Below, in pieces: positions 58,295-64,000 of a DNA stretch of 64,000 nucleotides. The DNA comes from an uncultured archaeon (GTDB lineage: Archaea; Asgardarchaeota; Thorarchaeia; Thorarchaeales; Thorarchaeaceae): NCBI GenBank assembly GCA_964458565.1, contig CAYWJO010000004.1, positions 32,001 through 96,000 of the forward strand. Direction: 5' to 3'. How positions within the stretch are numbered: position 1 is the first letter of the stretch; the number at the start of each line of letters is the position of its first letter. Under the pieces are notes generated by a model, which saw only the letters and a list, made by a program, of their open reading frames with translations, had not been told where the DNA came from and searched no databases. A program made the position numbers and the translations under genes.

Positions 58295-59375
58295 ATGGGT
58301 CTACGAGAGTACGTTATCAGACGTGGTATCTACATGTTCTTACTTGTAGTTGCTGTAGTCTGTTTCAACTTTTTCCTATTCAGACTTCCGACGCTTGTAC
58401 TTGGTATCAGCCCTGTTGACCTTATGATCAGTGAGGAACTTCGGCGAAACCTCACCCAAGATGCATTGCAGCAGATCTATGTCCAATTCGGTCTTGTTCC
58501 AGACCCAGACATTTTCGACTGGATCTACATGTTCTGGAGATATCTTGTCAACATGTTCACAGGTAACTTTGGACGCTCATTTGTATCCAAGACCCCAGTA
58601 ATGGCTGAGATTGCATCAAGATTACCCAACACACTCTTGTTGATGGGTACATCTTCAATTGTTTCAATCATTATCGGTATCTGGACTGGTGTCAAAGTTG
58701 CTGCTGATCCCGGTTCACGTAAAGACGTTGGTGCAGTTACTGTCGCGTTGTTCATCTATGCACTCCCAATCTTTTGGTTCGGAATGCTATTACTGATGGT
58801 TTTCGCATTCTATATGCGAACGGCGACGGGTGGCTTATTCTACTTCCCGCTTGGTGGAACAATCGATTATGCCCTTTGGGGAATCGCAAAGGAGAGCCCC
58901 TATGGGGCTTTGATGTTGGCCGGTAATATATTGCACCACCTGTTCCTTCCAATGATTACCCTTGGTGTCGGTGGCTATGGTGGTTACTTCTTGTACATGA
59001 GGAACAATCTAAATCCGGATTACATTGCGAATTCGGAAGAGAATAGACGTCATGACAGAAGACTACATACTGACCGCACGAGCAAAGGGATTGGACGAGA
59101 ACCAGGTACTGTACAAGCACGGTCTGAAAAATGCGCTACTACCAATGGTAACAATAATAGCCATGAATTTTGGCTTCCTAATCAATGGAGCGACGCTTAC
59201 AGAAACGGTGTTCAACTGGTACGGGATGGGTCGGTATATATTCACCAGCCTGTTCCAGTTAGACTATCCTGTGGTCCAAGCGATATTTATGGTAATCGCG
59301 ATAACAGCGATACTTGCGAATTTCGTGGCAGACCTTCTGTATGGAGTCCTTGACCCGCGAATCAAGTACGGGTAG
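58295..59375 (+). CDS. oppB: Oligopeptide ABC permease OppB-type, interrupted by a 31-nt insert (candidate intron; otherwise a frameshifted pseudogene)
   Basis: The 5' frame gives G.FG.S, RLPNTL.L, P.FWFG and HL.LP up to MRNNL. The other frame continues IDVMTEDYILTARAKG...H.LKNALLP...ETVF.W.GMG...DYPVVQ...DPRI. Removing 31 nt gives a 349-aa protein. Confidence 0.88.
59013..59043 (+). other. Candidate 31-nt bulge-helix-bulge/loop-type intron in oppB
   Basis: 8-bp internal stem 59014-21/59030-37, AAA bulge 59011-13, short central helix and exon-exon pairing; canonical cut positions restore CTA ATA GAC. Confidence 0.55.
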
Positions 59376-59377
59376 GG

Positions 59378-59431
59378 CCGCATCAGAAATGCGGATGGGA
59401 CTGAAATCCATCCGCTGTTTGTTCTTTTTTT
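59378..59431 (+). terminator. Overlapping hairpins + U-tract after oppB
   Basis: CCGCAT/ATGCGG (59378-94) overlaps GCGGATGG/CCATCCGC (59391-415); a T-rich tract follows. Confidence 0.6.
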
Positions 59432-59748
59432 CATTCCTTTTTACCTTTCAATACAATTCTTATAATTATTAACCACATCCGTCAGTATCGTGTTCACATT
59501 CTTTCACCAATTGTTCGTGATAGGAGGAGAGCGGATGAAATAAAGGTCCACCTACCTCTCGATAATTATTGATTGTTTGCTTGAACCCACACTGTTACAT
59601 TCATTCGCATGTTAGGATATTGACGGTGCAAATTCATTCCTAAGTCAAAATCTTGATAAGTGGAATGCCATTCGCACCGACCACGACTTCGGGATTTGGT
59701 AAACTCACGCTATTTTTCCGAGCTCGTATTTTCGACGAGGAACGAAAG

Positions 59749-61332
59749 ATGTCTGATGAATCCCCACAAATTGACTGGCGCGACTCAAACTGGTACACAT
59801 CAATCGCTGATTTTGTAAGTAAATTTAGACGTCATAGGATGGGACTCATTGGGATAACAATCCTAATTTTTTACATCGTAATCGCGATTGCTGCTCCATT
59901 TATCGTTCCTTACGATCCTTCTCCCGCAAATAAGATTGCACCTCCCTTTCTTGCACCTGCTTGGATGCAAGTCTTTGATCCTCTGGGGGTTGTTACATCA
60001 GAACAAATCGACAATCAATATCTCGAATCATCACCCAACGTTACTATAGTTGGTGCCCATCAAGATAGATTCTCTTCAGTTCATTATCCAAGTTCACAAA
60101 ATAAGAGCCATTTCAATATGACTTGGACGCATGTTGCCGGACAAGAATTGGATTTCCACGAAACACTGGATAATACAGTTCATCCTGATTGTATGGATTT
60201 CATCTATATGACTCATACATTCGAGTGGGGATTTCAAAGCATGCCCAGTGATGTAAACATGACCTTCGATTATGGTGTAACTCGTACTGGTACCTTTGCT
60301 ACTCAAGAATATAGTGGACTTATGTTTAAGGTTTTCATCTATCTGATAGATTCTTCAGGTAACTGGTGGAAAGTCTACGAGTCTTTCCCACCATATTATG
60401 AATTGATCCAAAATAGACGTATTGATTTAAGCTACTTCGATGTAGTCGAAGGTTGGGAGGGTATGACTTCACACCTAAATCAGACCGAAGATCCAACAAA
60501 ACAATTGACAGTTGCTGTCGTTTTATCACCTACGGATAATTTCAGAAAATCTAGAAGTCCTAGCAATCCGATTGACTATCCGATCCTCAATTATACTGGG
60601 TCAGTTACTGTGCAGATAAAACGTTTGAGTATGATTGCATATGGAGATTACTTTGGTATTCTTGGTACCACTGATAAAGGTGCAGATGCATATAGCCAGT
60701 TAATATGGGGAACTCGAATATCATTAACAATTGGAATTCTAGCAACAGGCATCTCAACAGCAGTTGGTGTGGTTGTTGGAATGACCGCAGGATATTTCGG
60801 TGGAAAACTAGACGAGATATTAATGAGGGTTGTTGACTTCCTCCTCGTGATACCAGGACTGCCGCTTATGATGGTCCTTGCGGCCTTCCTAGGGCCGACT
60901 ATAGAAAATATAATTGTGGTCATATCTATACTTGGTTGGACGGGGACGTCTCGTCTGATCCGGTCACAGGTGATGGCTGAAAAGAACAAGGCATACGTCG
61001 AGAGTGCGAAGGCAATTGGAGCCTCCGATACTTACATTATATATCGTCACATTCTCCCTAATGTAACACCAATCTTGTTCGCTGACATAACATTGGGTGT
61101 CGTTGGTGCCATCCTTTCGGAATCTGGTCTTGCGTTCCTTGGTCTTACTGACCCAAGCGAACCAAGCTGGGGTAGAATGCTTGCTGACGCACAGGCCGCT
61201 GGTGGATTCAGCAATGGTGCATGGTGGGTTGTAGTCTTCCCGGGACTGATGATTACTATATTGTCACTCGCTTTCACCTTTGTTGGTCATACGCTTGATC
61301 AAGTACTTAATCCGCGTTTGCGTGAGAGATAG
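59749..61332 (+). CDS. oppC: Oligopeptide ABC permease OppC-type, copy 2, with large extracellular insertion
   Basis: Same motifs as copy 1; start placed at ATG 59749 by alignment to copy 1 and an upstream GAGG. Confidence 0.92.
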   Translation: MSDESPQIDWRDSNWYTSIADFVSKFRRHRMGLIGITILIFYIVIAIAAPFIVPYDPSPANKIAPPFLAPAWMQVFDPLGVVTSEQIDNQYLESSPNVTIVGAHQDRFSSVHYPSSQNKSHFNMTWTHVAGQELDFHETLDNTVHPDCMDFIYMTHTFEWGFQSMPSDVNMTFDYGVTRTGTFATQEYSGLMFKVFIYLIDSSGNWWKVYESFPPYYELIQNRRIDLSYFDVVEGWEGMTSHLNQTEDPTKQLTVAVVLSPTDNFRKSRSPSNPIDYPILNYTGSVTVQIKRLSMIAYGDYFGILGTTDKGADAYSQLIWGTRISLTIGILATGISTAVGVVVGMTAGYFGGKLDEILMRVVDFLLVIPGLPLMMVLAAFLGPTIENIIVVISILGWTGTSRLIRSQVMAEKNKAYVESAKAIGASDTYIIYRHILPNVTPILFADITLGVVGAILSESGLAFLGLTDPSEPSWGRMLADAQAAGGFSNGAWWVVVFPGLMITILSLAFTFVGHTLDQVLNPRLRER

Positions 61333-61504
61333 AGTGTATCCAATAATCCTCAGTCTAAAAAGAAAAGATGGCCGATACAGATTTCGATATAATGGCCATT
61401 TTCCGACATACCTATGTGTATTAATGCCCAGCATAAGGCTTTTATTGACATTTGTGGAACGTCAGCATCAATCCGATTCCGACTCGGAAGGAGATAGAGA
61501 GAAT

Positions 61505-63439
61505 ATGCTTAAAGACCGTCGACGAGTTCTTGCATTAACACTCGTTGCCGCTTTTGCGTTTATGGCAATTTCACCTATATTTGCCACAGCACAATTTACA
61601 GTTCCAGGTGGACTTAAAAATGGTCCATATGTGGACAAAATTGTGTATAACGTAATTGAAGGTGACGACCAGCAGGTCCTCGCTCTACAGAATGACGAGA
61701 TCGATCTTATCGGTGATATGGTCGATCCAACTCACCTAGCCACTTTACAGGCAGCTGAGAATATTGAGGTAGCAAACGTACTCCGAAACGGGTACGGTTA
61801 TGTTACCATTAACACAGCAAAGAACCCATTCAACTACACAGACTTCAGACGAGCAATTGCCTTTGCTCTTGACAAGCAGGCAATCTCAGACGATGCTTGG
61901 GATGGTTTATCAGAACCTCAAGACTCAATGGTAGCTAAAGTCAACCCGTTCACAAGTGAAGGCCTTCTACCTTACACTTACTATGAGGCACAGGTTGCTC
62001 TTGGAAATCAGATGCTGGATGACCTCGGAATGGAAATTGATCCCCTCACAACCTTCAGACTCACACCAAATGGTGATGCATTTGACGTGCTAGTTGAGTG
62101 CGCACAGTCATCCAACATTGCTATTGAAGTTGGTGAGAAGGTTGCTGAAGCACTTCGTGCTCTACACGTTGATGCAGTATCAGAACCAACTGACTTCTAT
62201 GAGTATCTGAACAGGCTCTACTTCCACGGTGACTATGACATCGTATTCCTTGGTTCAAGCTTCACCACCTTTGATGTTGACTGGATTGCCTATGAGTACT
62301 GGTCAGAGTTTGCTGATGAGCCATACTACAACTTCCCCAACTGGCAGAACGCAACCTACGACAGCTGGAGAGACCAACTCCTCCATGCGACTCAGTTTGA
62401 AGATGTCTACGAGGCAGCCTTCAAGATGCAGGAGATATGGGTCCATGCATGTCCAATGATCATCTGTTATGAGAACACTCTCTTGTCAGCCTATAGGACC
62501 GATAAGTTCGAGGGTCTCATTAACAGTGTGATTGATGGTGTACCTGGATGGTGGACAAACTACAAAGTTCACCTCAAGCCAGGTCAGTCTGGTGCTCCTT
62601 GGAGTGGTACATTCCGCTGGAGTAATCCACTCGACCTTGACACCTTCAACTTCATGACGGGCAGCTCTGCGTACACCAATAATGTCCTCATGAATCTCTA
62701 CGACAGTCTCATGACCATTGATTACAATGGTAACGACATATTGTGGTTGGCGGAGAATTATTTCGCTGAAACCCACGCTGATAATCCATCAGTGCCAGAT
62801 GGCTATACCAGATTTACATTCGATATGATTCAGAATGCAACCTGGACTGATGGTACTCCACTGACTGCTGAGGATGTTGCATACTCGCTCAACTATTTCC
62901 GTGATTCGCCAGCTAACCCATACGGTCCTGACCTTTTGGAGATGACTGCAGCGTATGCTCCAACAACATACAGGGTTGTAATAGAATTCAGTACTGAGTC
63001 ATATTGGCATCTACATACTGTTGCATACAAGACCATTATTCCGAAGCACTTCTTCTTGACTATTGGTCTTGATGGATGGAACACTTGGGATCCACAGCCT
63101 CCAACAGAGGGTATGGTCACATCAGGTCCATTCAATGTGTCTGACTACGTTGCTGGTGAGTTCTGTGAAGTGACTTGGAATCCAGACTACTTCTATGGTA
63201 TGGATCGTGATGAGATTTGGCAAACAACAACACCTGGTCCAACCACATCCACATCCACAACCACGACTCCAATTACAACGACTGAGCCTGGAACAACCAC
63301 TGAAACAACCACAACCACTGAAGAACCAACCACTCCTGTAGCACCTGTACAAGACTTCACCATGGCAATTGTTGCCGGTGCAGTTGGTGCGGCAGTTGTG
63401 ATTCTCGTTGGTGGATATGTACTGCTTAGGCAGAAGTAG
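61505..63439 (+). CDS. oppA: Oligopeptide ABC substrate-binding protein (family 5) with Thr-rich linker and C-terminal TM anchor
   Basis: Signal peptide; GPYVDKI, FRRAIAFALD, LYDSL, WTDG.PLTAEDV and SGPF motifs; TTT-rich linker; hydrophobic tail ending RQK. Confidence 0.92.
   Translation: MLKDRRRVLALTLVAAFAFMAISPIFATAQFTVPGGLKNGPYVDKIVYNVIEGDDQQVLALQNDEIDLIGDMVDPTHLATLQAAENIEVANVLRNGYGYVTINTAKNPFNYTDFRRAIAFALDKQAISDDAWDGLSEPQDSMVAKVNPFTSEGLLPYTYYEAQVALGNQMLDDLGMEIDPLTTFRLTPNGDAFDVLVECAQSSNIAIEVGEKVAEALRALHVDAVSEPTDFYEYLNRLYFHGDYDIVFLGSSFTTFDVDWIAYEYWSEFADEPYYNFPNWQNATYDSWRDQLLHATQFEDVYEAAFKMQEIWVHACPMIICYENTLLSAYRTDKFEGLINSVIDGVPGWWTNYKVHLKPGQSGAPWSGTFRWSNPLDLDTFNFMTGSSAYTNNVLMNLYDSLMTIDYNGNDILWLAENYFAETHADNPSVPDGYTRFTFDMIQNATWTDGTPLTAEDVAYSLNYFRDSPANPYGPDLLEMTAAYAPTTYRVVIEFSTESYWHLHTVAYKTIIPKHFFLTIGLDGWNTWDPQPPTEGMVTSGPFNVSDYVAGEFCEVTWNPDYFYGMDRDEIWQTTTPGPTTSTSTTTTPITTTEPGTTTETTTTTEEPTTPVAPVQDFTMAIVAGAVGAAVVILVGGYVLLRQK
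63223..63334 (+). repeat. Low-complexity ACN-codon tract encoding the Thr/Pro/Glu linker
   Basis: TTTPGPTTSTSTTTTPITTTEPGTTTETTTTTEEPTT. Confidence 0.8.
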
Positions 63440-63444
63440 TTTCA

Positions 63445-63482
63445 ATTTGGGGACTAAGTCCCCAAATCCCTTTCTTTTTTTT
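63445..63482 (+). terminator. Perfect inverted repeat + U-tract after oppA
   Basis: ATTTGGGGACT-A-AGTCCCCAAAT followed by TTTCTTTTTTTT. Confidence 0.75.
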
Positions 63483-63579
63483 CAAACTCATTTCAAGACT
63501 AGTTAGTACCGTATTCATTGATTGCGTGTACCTCATTGTCTTTTAATAGATTTACAGGAAAAAGGAAGAAGTGAATTCA

Positions 63580-64000
63580 ATGAAGTTCGACAGAGACCGT
63601 ATAACACTCATCATTATCTCACTACTACCTGTTTTCATTGGTTCCTTATTATCTGCTAGCGTTATTTCATCAACGGCCATTGGAGAGATTATCTCTGACT
63701 CGCGCGCTTTCACTCCAAGTGAGTTGATTATCCAAGCTGTTGTTTCAACGCTGATGGGCGTCTTTGTTGTTCTTTCGTTGTTCTATTTGATGTCCCGAAA
63801 AGGACGTGGCGTCCAGAAAATAGCTGTTGCATTCATTGTTTCTCCAATACTTTACTTGGTTTCATTGTTCCTGGGACAGTCCATACTAATTTTAATTTTC
63901 ACAGGCTCAAATGATGCGTTTCAAGGAATATTGCTTGTAGTATCATTAGGAATTTCTATGTTATCCATCGTATTGATAATGATCGATGCTATTCCTCCAA
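63580..64000 (+). CDS. Polytopic membrane protein, 5' part (runs off the window)
   Basis: Manual translation MKFDRDRITLIIISLLPVFIGSLL... is open to the window end and has four hydrophobic segments. Confidence 0.7.
   Translation, partial: MKFDRDRITLIIISLLPVFIGSLLSASVISSTAIGEIISDSRAFTPSELIIQAVVSTLMGVFVVLSLFYLMSRKGRGVQKIAVAFIVSPILYLVSLFLGQSILILIFTGSNDAFQGILLVVSLGISMLSIVLIMIDAIPP

Noticed and set aside
58295-59353. ORF-track 352-aa protein and separate 59025-59375 ORF treated as two genes
   Set aside because: After NNL the first ORF loses OppB similarity and the second supplies the missing conserved half; they are one interrupted gene.
57300-61332. Near-identical oppC segments as a DGR template/variable repeat pair
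   Set aside because: Differences are mostly synonymous and not adenine-specific, both copies are intact genes, and there is no reverse transcriptase in the window.
63223-63334. Tandem ACA/ACC repeats as a CRISPR array or VNTR
   Set aside because: No repeat-spacer periodicity; they encode the Thr-rich linker of OppA.

Overview
Gene-dense archaeal chromosomal window, most likely from an Asgard archaeon (Thorarchaeia-like). This assignment is inferred from GGTGA/GGAGG ribosome-binding sites, frequent TTG/GTG starts, a longin-domain protein, a PDCD5-like gene and a Thr-linker/C-terminally anchored OppA. I saw no rRNA, tRNA, CRISPR array or transposase. Contents in order: (1) lipid-catabolic genes (thiolase + DUF35, crotonase) and an operon of FGGY kinase, glpABC, an alkyl-DHAP-synthase-like flavoprotein and a CCG Fe-S protein; (2) a radical SAM/GNAT pair, an FtsX-like permease, an ALDH and RsmB; (3) mixed housekeeping and hypothetical genes, including a longin-wHTH protein, an arginine-synthetase/cDPG-synthetase-like P-loop protein and an E2F/DP-like winged-helix + coiled-coil protein; (4) a vWA/amidohydrolase/CDC48-N cluster in which one gene is a fused, catalytically degenerate copy of the divergent two-gene unit; (5) CPBP, NfeD/stomatin, an ECF S-component with a pseudo-PfkB regulator, DUF92, and a giant GCS2-ligase/Ig-repeat protein; (6) an Opp/Dpp ABC locus with two OppC paralogues. 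Top observation: oppB is interrupted by a 31-nt insert that folds into a bulge-helix-bulge/loop-type structure. Its predicted splicing-endonuclease cuts restore the reading frame exactly, making it a candidate mRNA intron. All family calls come from motif recognition by eye, not database searches.
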